This document shows, piece by piece, positions 13,186-26,513 of a stretch of 64,000 nt of DNA (position 1 is the stretch's first letter; each line of letters opens with the position of its first letter). Position numbers and translations under genes: made by a program. The notes under the pieces were generated by a model. The model did not search any database and was not told where the DNA came from. It saw only the letters and a list, made by a program, of their open reading frames with translations. Origin of the DNA: Felis catus (Eukaryota); contig NC_058373.1 of NCBI RefSeq assembly GCF_018350175.1, positions 109,556,001 to 109,620,000 on the forward strand, written 5' to 3'.

Positions 13186-14360
13186 TTAAACTAAATTTAA
13201 AAACCACAGAAATAATTCCGATTGGCTTCTGCTCTCAGTTAACCATCATCTGAGCCCCTAGTGGGCAGGATTAGATCTAGAGACACTACCTGGAATTGTG
13301 TGTAACAATTCCAGCTCAAGGTAAAGGAAGCACGGCTATTCTACGTGAGGCTTTTTAATCAGAACCTCTCCCTGGGACAGTTTACTGACATTGGAAATTC
13401 GTCATGGTTACAAAGTGCTTTGATTTCACAAAAATAAGAGGTCTTCTTTGCTGAGGTGGCAAGCAGTGTTTTGTTTTATACAGATTAACCAGGGAAGAAC
13501 CACAAGTTCAGTGTCAAAGAGCCAAGATTTTTTTCCCCCTCCCTGAGCCAGTTGCCAGCCCATTTAGAAGATAATGATTTGTGTTTACAGTCACTAAATT
13601 AGCAAGTTTGAAAGACAGTAAAGAGAGAAGGCATTGTGTCTTCGAAAAGAGGCCACCAGTGGCGGGTTCCTGCTCCATCTGCCTGTAGAAGTCTTCATGT
13701 TCCTCAGCCGCTGTGTCCTGCTTGGTAACTAACTAAGCAAATGCAAGTTAAGACTTTGTGCTTGGCATATTGTAAATGAAAAAGCAAAACAAATAAAAAC
13801 AAAAAGGTGACAAGGTTAGGGGACAAGGTTCGAGTTCTGGCTTTGGCTTCGGTTAGTGCAGTGCAGCCAAGAGCCAAGACGAGGGGCCCAGACTAAACTC
13901 AGAAGCTCAGGACTAACTCTCACTGCACCGTGAAACCTCAGCAACTAAGTCAACTCCAGAATCTCAATAGGAGGGTCAACTTTTAACGGAAAGTGCGCTC
14001 ACTCTCCCACCTCTGAGACCAGAATCGGGATGTTGATGGTGCCATTTCATACCTAATAGCAGAAAAAAATATGTATGTATATAAAACACCCAATACTGAT
14101 AAGGATGCTGTGCAAATGGATTCTGGAGACCGCATAAAATGGCTCAACCCTTTGGAAAACACTTTGTCCATATGTCTCAAGTCTTTGAAAGTTTTCTACT
14201 CTCCTATTCCTGGGAATTTGTCCTAAGGAAAAAAAAATTCTAAAATATGAATAAAACTTATCAAATATGCATTTATTGCAGCATTATCTTACAAAAATAG
14301 CAACAAGAGATATTCTACTCACACAGGACAGGGAAGTATTAAAATATGGTCCATCCACAT

Positions 14361-14465
14361 AATGGAATGATATTTATCAGTTAAAATTATGGCACAATGG
14401 AATAATATTTGTCAATTAAAATTATTACAAAATGGAATGAGATTTATCAATTAAAGTTATTACAA
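14361..14465 (+). repeat. 3 x 35-bp tandem repeat within an old L1 3' region
   Basis: Units start at 14361, 14396 and 14431, consensus aatggaatgatatttatcaattaaaattattacaa. Confidence 0.85.
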
Positions 14466-14639
14466 ATACGGTAGAATGTAGAAAAGCATTTATAATATGG
14501 TTGATGGAAAAAAATCAGAATGCAAAAAAATATGGCATAACTACATCTGTTAAACAGTTATGCAAGCCTATGGACAAAAACTGGATAATCATACAAATAA
14601 TTTATTGAGGTGAGTAGATTGTGCCAATTGTAAAAACTG

Positions 14640-15090
14640 AATGATTTCAAATCTTCAAGGAGAGAAAATTCTGACACTATTTAAACAATCCCAGAGAGAG
14701 GGGGGGAAAAATGCCCCAATTCTTTTTATAAAAGCACTAGTCCTAAAACCAGAACAAGAGAGCACCAGAAAAGAAAGCTATAATCTTATTTCTCTTATGA
14801 ACACCGATGTAAAAATGTTAAATGAAATATTAGCAAATTGACTCCAACAATATATTAAACCAATAATATACTACAGCCAAGTTGCCATTCTCAAAATGCA
14901 AGGATGATTCAGTAACAGGAAGTCTGTTCATATAACTCTCCACATTATTAGGTCAAAGGAGGAAAAACGCATGATATCATTTCGGTGGAGGCTGCCAAAG
15001 CATGTGATAAAATGAACACTATTATTCCTGATTTAAAGTAGTATTTAAATTCTTAGTAAAATAGGAAAATAGGTACTTTCTCAATATCAT
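14640..15090 (+). mobile_element. Degenerate L1 ORF2 (RT-proximal) remnant
   Basis: ORF 14641..14841 contains KPEQESTRKESYNLISLMNTDVKMLNEILAN, matching the L1 ORF2 motif KENYRPISLMNIDAKILNKILAN. Confidence 0.85.
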
Positions 15091-15329
15091 ATGTATATTC
15101 CCATGTGTATATAGTTATTCCCCTATATATATAGCTATTGGTTATTCAGAACTATAAAAATGCAGCAACAGTTAGTTGATCTGATGAGTTCCTTGAAGAC
15201 TAAGTGAGTGTAACCACCTTTCCAAGGCTCAAAGGCAAGCCTTGGTACCACAGTGGCCTGGTGTTTGCAGATTGCAGCTTTGGGTCCAAGTTACTTTACT
15301 CTGTAACCTTAGGATGCTTTGAGCTGCAA

Positions 15330-15830
15330 ATAACCCCCATTCTCAGTATTCTCCAATAGCTTCCCATCACATAGACAGGGGACTCCAAGTCCCTCCTACA
15401 GCCTCTAAGAACTCACTCTAGTGTTTTCACCACTGCCTCCCTCTTACCACCAAGCTCTATCTCACTCGGCTGTAGGTTTTTCTCTAAAGCACACCAAGCA
15501 CTTTCCTGCCTTGGGGACTTGGAAGTTGCTATTCCTCCTGCCTGGAAAGTTCTTTCTTCAAATGTTTTAATGGCTGGCTCCCTCACTTTGTTCACTTCCC
15601 TGCCCAAATGGCATGCCTCTCAGTCACCTGAGACGCCCAACAATACTCCTTATCTCATACTCTGCTTGACTACCTGACATCATATTACATATTCATGTGG
15701 TATTTTCTCTCCTACCAGAAAGGACGTTTTATGAGGGTAGGCACTTCGACCATATCGTTCACTGCTGCACAGCCCGTACCTAGGACAGTACCTCACACCT
15801 AACAGCTGCTACGTAGAAATACATTAAATG
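15330..15830 (+). mobile_element. L2 3' region remnant
   Basis: cctgcctggaaagttctt..ggctggctccctcact and the terminal cctaggacagtacct..aaatacattaaatg motifs. Confidence 0.6.
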
Positions 15831-18376
15831 TGTTGCTAAAGCAAGAGAAGCTCTGACTCGTACAGATTTAAACAGTTAAGGAATTTATTATCTCACGAGG
15901 CTAGATGCCCAAGGCTTTCTCTCTCTTTCTCTGCAATTCTCTGGGTTCTCCCCTTTTTTGAATGTCGTCTTTGTCCTCATATGGAGGCTGCCCTCAGGGT
16001 CACAAGATGGCTGCTCTAGCAACTGGAGCCATGTGCTTTCTCTTTCCTGTCCATTTGAGAGAAAACAAGACTCTCCCCCTGTGTTAGTCAGAATTCTTTC
16101 AGGATGACACGTAAAATTAACCATCACACTCCTATCAGAGAATAAAAGTCATTCCCTTCAGTCTGATTGAGCCTCCTTATTACAACCAATCCCTGAAAAG
16201 GAGGCACGAATTCCAAGTTTGGCTCATGTGAATTAGGACCTGCCGCTGGAGAAGAGCTGAGTCAGCCTCCACTGCCTCCCATGGGAATGAGGAAGGAGTG
16301 GATGAATGCGTGTCCTAGAGAGAAAACCAGCTGGGAGTGCGACAATCTCTGACTTCAGGGAACTCCTCAAGCCCCTGGAACCCTCTCTAGAGTAACTGGC
16401 CTCTAGGGATCTTCAAACATGATGGTTTCCTTGGGATATTTCTTGAGCTAAATACCCCTCTTAGATCAGGGAGCTGCCTCAAAAATTTTCCTCCCAGAAG
16501 AGCCTGAGCCCTGGGAGAAAGGGAACCAAATACATGCCTTTTGTAGGAGGGAAAAGGAGATGGAAACAGCAATGCAAACCACATTTCACGGGAGAGCATT
16601 CCTTGCAAATCGGTATCAAAACGTGAAGCATACACAAAAATATAATATTCTTCCACAGTAATTAAAGGTCATTTAATTCACATTCAGACAAAGTGAATAG
16701 AGACAGCAATTCGGCACAGGAGAAAATATTTTGTCAGCAAAATGGGCAATCCTGTGAATTACTGAGAACGTATCGCCAGCCAGATACCCTGAACTGGTAA
16801 ACAAATAGTTTGACTAAAAAACTGCTCGGGGCACAACTCTTGCATCAGGGTGATTTACCAGGGAATAGAGCCACAAGGAGACATGGAAAATCATCTGAAG
16901 TATTGTCTATCCTTTTGATCAATATTACAATATCCTATGTCACCTGCTGCAAAAGCACAAACTGACTTCTAATATATCACCCCTGAAAGATATTTGATCA
17001 TTTTATTACACTGTGACTCCTTCACTGAGAAGCTTTAAATCCCATATAATTCGTGTCTTTTTAATTAGCTGTTGGGTTGTTGCTTACTATACGGAAACAT
17101 TTGGGGGTGATTTGAAAATGCTGTTTTCTCAACATTAAATACAATAACACCGTTACAAGTTGGCCTCCTTCCCCTACTCCCAATGCTAAGAGGCTGCAAA
17201 CGATGCACAGCCAAGACAAGCCTTTAGTTTCTAACACAGAAAAGACAAGACTTTGAGCATAACTTTCCTGCTCTTTCTAATTGTCCTGCAAGGGTATCAT
17301 CTTCAAAAGGGCTTCTGTTAACTCACAAGACACTAGCCCCAACCTTATCCGGCATTTATAAGCTCTTTCATGAAGAACATCCACCAATTTGGCAATGAAC
17401 GAAAGGAAAAAGTGTAAGATAGGAAGACGCGCGGCGTTGCATTCACAGCCGAGAAAGTGGATACAAGTTACCCCAGAACAGGCACCCAGCAAGGGACAGA
17501 GCTAAAAGCAGACTCTAGGATGACGGCTCCCTACTCAGGGTTCCTTCTGCTACAACACTACTCCTGCTGTGGCAAAGTTCTCCCTCAGCCAGGCAGCCAG
17601 GTCCTTTCTGATGTGTCTTGCTATACAAACAGTAAAACTCCTGGTCATGTCCTATAGTCAAACACGAATTCAGCTCTGAGGTTTTTTTTTTTCATCCAAA
17701 GCAAAGATCTAGTGAAGATCTAAATACCCTTAAGGACATACATGGACCTAACCATGAGGATATACACAGATACATGCAACATAGAGTTGTTCAAAAGAGA
17801 ATCTAGTCAATGATACTGTAATCACGTCTTATGGTGCCAGATGGTAGCCATATTTGTGAGGAGCAGAGCATCGCATACAGAGAAGCTGAATCGCTATGCT
17901 GTGCACCTGACACTCACATAACGTGTGTCGACTATACTCAATTAAAAAAATTTTTTTCGAGTCGTTCAAAAGCATCACAGCTATTCCTAGTTCGGAGACA
18001 TGAGAGAACTTTCTCCCATCATCCCTTCCTAAGCATGTGATGGGGTCAACAGTAGCTTCACATCATTTCCGTAGAAAGCACAAGATTAAGTCTTTAGGCT
18101 GTGGCAGTCATCTAGCAATCAGGAGACGAGCCTGAGAACAAAAGCCAGCGTGAGGAGGACAGCAAGTGAGAAGATGGAAGTCCCCGGGTCTCATTGTTCC
18201 ACTAAGTTAACCAACCTTCAGACTTCTAATTATGTGAATTTTTAAATATGTTCACTATTTAAGCCACTATCAGTCAGGTTTCTGTTAGTTGCAGCCCCAT
18301 CCCACACAACAACATACAATGAGACCAAGAACAAAGGCTGTTGTGGTGAGGAGGTAGAACGGAATTCACTTAAAAC

Positions 18377-18594
18377 TTTTTTTTAACGTTTCTTTATTTT
18401 TGTGTGAGAGAGAGAGAGAGCGACAGAGCGTGAGAAGGGGAGGGGCAGAGAGAAAGGAGACACAGAATCTGAAGCAGGCTCCAGGCTCTGAGCTGTCAGC
18501 ACAGAGCCCGATGTGGGGCTCAAACTCACGAGCTGTGAGATCATGACCTGAACTAAAGTTGGATGTTTAACCGACTGAGCCACCCAGGCGCCCC
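18377..18594 (-). mobile_element. CanSINE
   Basis: Reverse SINE. TSD gaattcacttaaa at 18362-18374 and 18601-18613. Confidence 0.93.
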
Positions 18595-18660
18595 AGCACT
18601 GAATTCACTTAAATGAAATATTCATGCATTTAGATCAGGCAGTTCAGAAGCGTCATTACT

Positions 18661-18868
18661 GGGGTACCTGAGTGGCTCAGTCAACTGAACATCTGACTCT
18701 TGATTTCGGCTCAGGGCATGATCTCACCATTCATGACTTGGGCTCAGAGCTGAGAGTGCAGAGCCTGCTTGGGATTCTCTCTCTCCTCTCTCTGCCCCTC
18801 CCCAACTTGCACGCATGCTCTCTGGCTTGCTCTCTCTCTCTCTCTCAAAATAAACAAATAAATAAAAA
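18661..18868 (+). mobile_element. CanSINE
   Basis: ggggtacctgagtggctcagtc head, CT tract and A tail. Confidence 0.9.
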
Positions 18869-20841
18869 TTGTTTACAAAGTTGCACCATTACTTGAGTGG
18901 GTTCATGAATATATTGTTGATAACATTTCTAACCAGCTAATTCAAGAGAGATTGATGGAAACGGAGATAAAATCTAAGTCTCATGCCACCCAATAATTTG
19001 ACCCCCTTTTTCCTCTCAATCAACAAAACTAATTCACAGAAAATGGTTTGCAATTCTTATTTGTTGATCTTACTTTGTGCAGGCCACTGTGTTGGGCACT
19101 TTACACATATTATCTTTTTTAATCCTCATAACAGCCTTAGAAAGTAAGAAATATTATCATTCTTATTTTATAAATGAGGAAGGGCAAGCAGAAAGTAGCC
19201 ATCAGACTTCCATCTTGCCATAAATTTCTTCTCTGTGATAACCTTCATCCTTGGTTGTAAATGTTTGTAAGTAATAAAATACACAAAAATATCACGAAGT
19301 AAAAGAAAAAAGACGGAAAAGTAGGAGACTCTAACAACCCAACGTTAGAATAAATTCGTCAGGGCTTGGGCAAATAAAGCCAACTTATTTAGAATTTAGA
19401 ACAAGCTAATATGGAAAAATCAACTTTACATCCATTTCTTCCAATTCCATTATCCCATTTCTCTCTAGCATACTTTTGAGTGGGTTTCTATCTCACCTCT
19501 CCCATGACTAGATACTGGGAAAGTTCCCTTCAGAAAGGATACCTACCTGTTAATGAAACATTCTCCAGCCCTTTCCAAAGTTTCCCCTAGATAATTAATC
19601 TTCCAATTCACATTCGTAAGCTACTGATCAGATGTCATCAATAGTAATGAATCCACATTATTAAAATATAAAGCTTTTAAAAATACATCTGTAGAAAAAA
19701 AAGACAAAGACAACAAAAGACATGTTTGTTTACTTTAGAATAGCATAGTAACTCTGTGATATTTAGTCAACTCCCCAACTAAACCAGGATTTCTATTATT
19801 CATAACCTTGACATTTGATCAAAGTAAGATACTAGAAAGACTATGTGTGGCTTATGTCTCCATGCTCCTTTCCCTGGTAGTTAAGCCAAACACAAATTTC
19901 ATTATCTGGTTTCTAGTCACAATAATGAGCCAGATTGTTCCAAAATCTCAAGATGTCACAGCCAAGGATTTTTGAGGGGTTGTAGGTGAATCTGAAGAAA
20001 CAGAAAATAGTAGTAATGACAATGGTTTTAAGAATAGCTTGCCAGGTGGAGGAAAAAGAGAAAAGGTTGTGAGTAGGAATTTTTCAAAGTATCACAGAGT
20101 TCTGTAATCTTTCCTCTTAGGAACTTGTAACTCAAGATCACTAACATTCCAGGATAGCTTTAGGATACTCTGGTGTCATAGTGGGTTTTTCAGCGCTCCA
20201 TAAAGAATATTCTGTGGCAGGCTTCATCACTTTTTCTGTTGAGAAAAGCAACAACAATCGTTACTTAGAGGTTACCACTTGAATTCATTCTCCTTATGGG
20301 ACATCAAGAAAAATAGCTAAAATATTCTTAATATGGAAATTTCGTTTGAAAATGGTGGGGGGGGGGGGGGGGGAGGTATAGGACTGTCCATATCCCAGGA
20401 ATGTGCTAGTAAAGTCATCAGAGAGGAATATAAGATCCAGATAAAGAAAATATATTTAAGCATTTTTGTACATCTATAATCAAGACCACCAAGAGACAAG
20501 TAGAATCACACCATGCTTGTACATGCACTATCTAATTCCAGCAACAACCCTATGAAATGGGTGATGTTAACCTTATTTTACAGGAAAAGGAAATAATAAA
20601 CTGCCAAGAGTGATATTTAAAATCTTAAAAATCTCAGTCATCATCTATCCTAGGTGCATATTAGTTTGTGCTGCATTTCAGCTGAGACTTTTGAAATGAA
20701 AGACTAGCACATGAAATCACTGAGCACAAGAATAGCATTGGATGTGCAGATGAATGGACACAAATCTTTTCTAGACCACTAGTTCTCAAATGCTTTGGTC
20801 TAAGGATCCCTTTATTCTCTTAAAATTTTTTGAGAACTCCT

Positions 20842-21058
20842 GGGTCCCTGGGTGGCTCAGTCATTAAGTATCTGACTTTTGCTCAGGTAATGATCTCACA
20901 GTTGGTGAGTTCGAGTCCCACATCAGGTAAGCACGAGCCCTGTTCGGGTAAGCTGGAGCCCTGGGTGAGTCTCACTTTTCTTTCTCTCTGTCCATCCCTC
21001 TTCTCTCTGCCCCTCATTCATTTGCATCCTCTCTCTCTCTCTCTCTCTAAAAAAAAAA
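20842..21058 (+). mobile_element. CanSINE variant with an atypical middle segment
   Basis: Standard head, then catcaggtaagcacgagccctgttcgggtaagctggagccc. TSD tttttgag(a/g)actcc. Confidence 0.88.
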
Positions 21059-21189
21059 TTTGTTTTTGAGGACTCCCAAAAGCTTTTGTTCATTCATGGA
21101 TATTTACCATAGCAGAATTTAAAACTATGGATGTGTTTTAAATATCTACCAATTAATTCATTTTTAAGTAACAATAAGCCTATTACATA

Positions 21190-21375
21190 TTTTTAAATGT
21201 TTATATTATTTTACTGAGAGAGGGAGGCAGAGAGAGAAGGAGAGAGAATCTCAAGCAGGCTCAATGCTGTCATCACAGAGCCCGATGCAGGGCTCAATCT
21301 CACCAACTGTGAGATCATGACCTGAGCCAAAACCAAGAGTTGGACACTGAACTGAGTTGAGTCACCCAGGCTCCC
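21190..21375 (-). mobile_element. CanSINE
   Basis: TSD gcctattacatatt at 21178-21191 and 21377-21390. Confidence 0.92.
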
Positions 21376-23064
21376 TGCCTATTACATATTAACATAAATA
21401 ACACATTTTGTGGAAAATATTTTTTTTCCAATAAAATAGTGAGAGAAACTGCTCTGTCATACACATTTCCAAATTGCTTCACTATCTGGCATATAAAAAC
21501 ATCTGGATTCTCATACATATTTTTATACTCAGCCTGTTGTGATATGCTGTTTTGTTGATGTGTAAAGAAAATATACCCTCACAAGGATACATAATTGGAA
21601 ATGAGAGGAATATTTTAATACCCTTTTCAGATAATGTGTATTCTTTCATACTAAGCCAAAAGTCAACATGTAGTGGTTTCTAAAAGGTAGGTTGTAATGC
21701 AGAATTTGAAACCATATGAATAAGCTTTTCAGAATGAGTTACATTAAAATCCATTGGTCTCTCTTGCACTTTGAAGGGATTGTTTACCCATGCGTGATAT
21801 CGTAACATCCTGCACTGATCATTTAGAGACCATTAACTCACTAAATGGTGCACATCTTGCAAATTTTCGCACATTTCATCATACAACATCACAAAATCAC
21901 ATTTATTAATTTCATCAATACTCTTATTGTAAAGGTCTTCACATTTTTGGAAGCTGAGAATCCCACCATACTGAATACAAATTTTCCAAAATTCCCATTT
22001 TCCGTTAAAGTCTCAAATTTCATTCTGGCAACCAACACTGCCAGTTATTTTCCTTGAAGTGACAGATCACTGGTTTCATCTTCTAGAAAATATCTGCCAA
22101 ATATCCAATTCTAAATCACCAGTTTGCCTGTTATCCTTTCAAGTAAAAATGGTGTCCCATGAAAAGCAATCCGCTTACTCAACTCTTAGCTCAATCATAC
22201 AAGCACTGTTCCTCAACAACGTCATATTTCAATATGCAACAAAAGTGCTTTATGTATACTTCCCATATTGTCATTACACAAATATTGAAATCATTCAAGG
22301 ATTGAGATTTAGTCAAATTAATCATTGATACTGCCTTATCAAAGACCTTCTTTTTTTTCTATCAAAGACATTCTTAATTGAAACTGGCATCATTTTTTAA
22401 AACTGAGAGTATGCGTGGGTGAAAATGCCAATGACTGCTACTGTATTATGGTTTGGCGCCACTGTCGTAATTCATGCTCAGGTGCCAGCACTTTAATCTC
22501 CATTGATTCTACACTCTCAGTGGAAATGTCAATACAGTGAAAAAAGAGCAAGTGACACCTTAATATTATTCTGAAAATAATTTTTACCTTGCAGACACCT
22601 AAAAGGATCTCAGAATCCAAAGATCATGCTTTGAGAAGCACCACCCTACAAGAAAAGATGGCTAAACTGAAACTAGAAGGGAGAGGGAGGGAAGCAAGAG
22701 AAAGAGGAATTTGATTTTTGGTTAATTTGTTTCTAGAATTCATTGTCATTTTTTACCTACACTTATTCATGGTGGAACTAAAAATAAATACATCACAACA
22801 CAGTTTCAACTAGCTTTCTCTAATGGTTATGAAGTCAGTAATATATGGACTGGCATTGATTATTGAGATTTCTTCTTGAATCTCAAAATCAAACTTCTAT
22901 AGATTTTAAAAAAGCTGTTTTAGTTGAAAGATAGATAGAGATAGATAGATTTTATTTATATATATGATATATGTTATATTTGAAGAAAAAGCCTAAATCT
23001 TATAAATCCATACCCTTTGTTGAAAAAGTAACATATTTTATTAATTAAAAAACAAACCAATTTT

Positions 23065-23460
23065 GGGGTGCCTGGGTGACTCAAGTCAGTTGAGTGTCAG
23101 ACTTCAGCTCAGGTCATGATCTCACGGTTTCCAAGTTCAACCCCACATTGGGCTCTCTGCTGTCAGTGCAGAGCCCCTTTGGATCCTCCACCCCAATCTG
23201 CTTCTGCCCCTTCCCCACTCGCACTCTCTCTCTCAAAAATAAATAAATATTAGGGACACCCAGGGGGCTCCATCAGTTAAACGTTGGACTCTTGGTTTCG
23301 GTTCAAATCATGATCTCACAGTTCATGAGCTTGGGTCCCACATAGAGCTCCATGCTGTCAGTGTGGAGCCTGTTTGGGATTCTCTCTCTCCCTCTCTCTC
23401 TGCCCTTCCCTGGCTCCCTCTAGCTCTCAAAATAAACTTAAAAAAATAAACAAACATTTA
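23065..23460 (+). mobile_element. CanSINE dimer (second copy 23252-23450 inserted in the A-tail of the first)
   Basis: Two consecutive heads. The outer TSD-like aaac(a)aaccaat/cagaccaat flanks the pair. Confidence 0.9.
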
Positions 23461-24793
23461 AAAACACAGACCAATATTAAAAGTCTTGCTCCCACATTTT
23501 CTGCTCTTGTCCCTACAGGTAACCATTTATATTAATTTCTTACTTGTCTTTCCAATATTTCTTTAGGCAAATACAAAAAAAAATTTTTTTTAATCTTATT
23601 TTTCCCTCTTTTTTTATTACAAAAAAATGTAAGTATGCTGTATAAACTCTTTAACACTGCTTTTTTCACCCAGTGATGTATTTTGGAGCTCTCTTCTTAT
23701 CAGTTCTAAGAGATCTCCCTCATCCTTCAATACTAACTGTATAGTATGCTCTAGCGTATTCTGGTGCCATAGTGCATTCCATATGTGATACCCTATTGCT
23801 TCACGGTCGCCAGTCTTCTACTACCCCAGCCCATGCCGTAATCAATAACTGAACACATACATGACTACTTCTTAAACCCAGCCTTTCATCTCCTGGTCGG
23901 GGGAAGGTATAAGCATGCTTGTATTCTAACCCCATGGCCAAAAACTTGATCCCTTTAGCTCCAATCTTTCATCTTAGAACTCCAAGGAGCTTAATTTGAA
24001 ACTGAATGCCAGCAAGTTTAATTTATACAAAATTACATTATTGTGCAAACAGGAGAAACCAACTTTGATAGACTTAAGAGAAAAGAGAAGAAAGGCTGGA
24101 GCCTAGGCTCAGATATCAAGCAAAGCAGGAATGACCTGGTCAGGGAGACCACCTAGTCACAAGCCACCACAGGCACCACCACCACATAATACTGACCAGC
24201 TCTGCTCGGACCTTCTCCGTTGGACACCGGATGCACACAGTGGACCCTCATCACTGGATGAAAAAAGGATGCATCTTCTAGATCCTAAAGCCCAGGAAAG
24301 TGGCAGGAGATGAGCTCTGTGGATTCTCCCATGGGTAGGAAGGGGATTCAGATGTTGGCAGTCAAAAATCCAATGGATATATACCAAGCAGAAATTAGCA
24401 GCACAGCCAGAATTAGAACCCAGGTCTCATGGGCATGAGTGAATTGTTCTCCCCTCTGTTTAGCACGTTTTTCTGTCTCAATGAAGACAGTACCTGCACA
24501 AACTTGCTCCCAGTTAGAACTCAGATCCTCTGGCCCCTCTGGCGCTTTGATGATGACATCACTAGTGGAAGTCTATAGATTCTCCATAACAGGTGACCAG
24601 GAAGGGAGAGTGGCCATTCTTTGCTCTTTCTCTATTAAGATTAGCTATTTCCAATTAATTTTTACTCTGTAGGGATCTAAACGTGCCAGTGCTTGTAGAG
24701 AGCCCTGACTGATAAAATGTCAAATAGACTATCTCTCAACTTCTCTCTCAGGGGACTCTGCCAAGGCATTAGTCCATTAGTCCAGTGTTTCTT

Positions 24794-26087
24794 TTTTTTT
24801 CCAATTATTTTATTATGATAAAATATGTATTATACAAAATTTACCATCTTAACCATTTTTAAGCATACAGTTCAATGATATTAAGTATGTTCATAATGTT
24901 GGGCAACCATCACCATCATCTGTATCCATAAATCTTTTCATTCTTGTGAAACTGAAACTTTGTACCCATTAAACACTAACTCCTCTGTTCCTCCCTCTCC
25001 CCAGCCCCTGACAACCACCATTTTATTTTCTGTCTCTATAATTTTGACTAGTCTAGTAACAACAGACAAAGAAGGACACTATATAATAATAAAGGGGACA
25101 ATCCAACAAGAAGATATAACAATTGTAAATATTTATGCGCCCAGCATGAAAGCACCAAAATAGGTAAAGGAGTTAATAACAAACATAAAAGAAATAATCA
25201 GTAGTAAGACAAAAATAGTCGGAGACTTTAACAGCCCACTTGCATTGATGGACAGATCGTCCAAACAGAAAACCAACAATGAAACAGTGGTTTTGAATGA
25301 CACACTAGACCAGATGGATTTAACAGACATATTCAGACATTCCATCTTAAAACAGTAGAATACACATTCTTTTCAAATACACATGGAACATTCTCCAGAA
25401 TAGACCACATGTTAGGCCACACAACAAATCTCAAAAAAATCGAAGTCATACCATGCACCTTTGCTAATCACTACACTATAAAACTAGAAATAAACCACAA
25501 GAAAAAAGTCTGAAAAGAGCACAAATACATAGAGGTTAAATAACAGGCTATTAAACAATATGGTCAACCAAGAAGTTAAAAATTACATGAAAACAAATGA
25601 AATGAAAACACAATGTTCCAAAATCTTTGGGATACAGCAAAAGTGCTACTGAGAGGGAAGTTTATAGCAATACAGCCTACCTCAAAAAGCAAGGAAAATC
25701 TCAAATATAATTTTGACTAGTCTAAGTACTTCATCTAAGTGGAATTATATAGGTATTATCTTTTTATGAATGGCTTATTTCACTTAACATAATGTCCTCA
25801 AAATTCATCTATATTGTCACATGTCAGAATTTCCTTCCTTTTTAAGGCTCAATATTCTATTGTATGTACATACCACATGTTCCTTATCCATTCATCTGTG
25901 GATGGGCACTTGTGTTGCTTTCACATTCTGGCTATTGTGAATAATGTTGCTATGAACATGAGTGTACAAATATCTCTTTGAGAGCCTGCTTTCAATTCTT
26001 TTGAGTATGTACCCAGAAGTGGAATTGCTGGATCATATGGTAATATTTTTATTATTTTGGGAAACCACTATACTGTTTTCCACAGTG
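24794..26087 (-). mobile_element. Old L1 3' end (L1MA/MB-like), split by an insertion
   Basis: Reverse L1 3'UTR motifs (ttaccatcttaaccattttt; gtacccagaagtggaattgctggatcatatgg). Flanking agtgtttctt duplicated at 24784-24793 and 26094-26103. Confidence 0.85.
25056..25705 (+). mobile_element. Internal L1 ORF2 endonuclease-domain fragment, no 3'UTR or poly(A)
   Basis: Encodes DKEGHYIIIKGTIQQEDITIVNIYAPS and continues, with stops and frameshifts, through GDFN/HGTFSRIDHMLGH-like sequence. 19-bp direct repeat at both ends. Confidence 0.9.
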
Positions 26088-26513
26088 TAGGCTAGTGTTT
26101 CTTAAGATTCAAATATACCCAGAATGGGCCTGGCTACCTCTTTTCTGGCCTGCAGTACTGCCTAGGAGAGGACAATCTGTGGAAATCTCCTTATGCTTAC
26201 CTAAGCCCAAATAAATCTTGTCTCAGCAAGTGTTAGTTTTCCACCCAGACAGCATGGACTGGTCTCACATGACAGAAGTAGACTCCTTTCTGATCCTCCT
26301 TCAGCCAAGTGCCTGGTGTTATGGGGCCAGGAGACCTCCAGCCCCTGTCTTGGCCTCCTTTGACTTCAAAGGCCTTGAAATAGCCAGTCTGAACCCACCA
26401 GCTCCAAATAACCTTCTGGTCCCCAAATCTCTCTCTTGAAGGGAACCCAGATTATCCCATGATACCAAAAGATACTGCAAATAGTAACCCACCACATCCC
26501 TGCCACATGCCAT

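Larger units (their letters stand above)
20777..22643. mobile_element. Charlie1a-like non-autonomous hAT DNA transposon with two nested SINEs
   Basis: Terminal inverted repeats cactagttctcaaa / tttgagaagcacca. Left flank ttctagac fits the hAT NTCTAGAN target. Subterminal ggtctaaggatccctttattctcttaaaa. About 1.45 kb after removing the SINEs. Confidence 0.75.
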
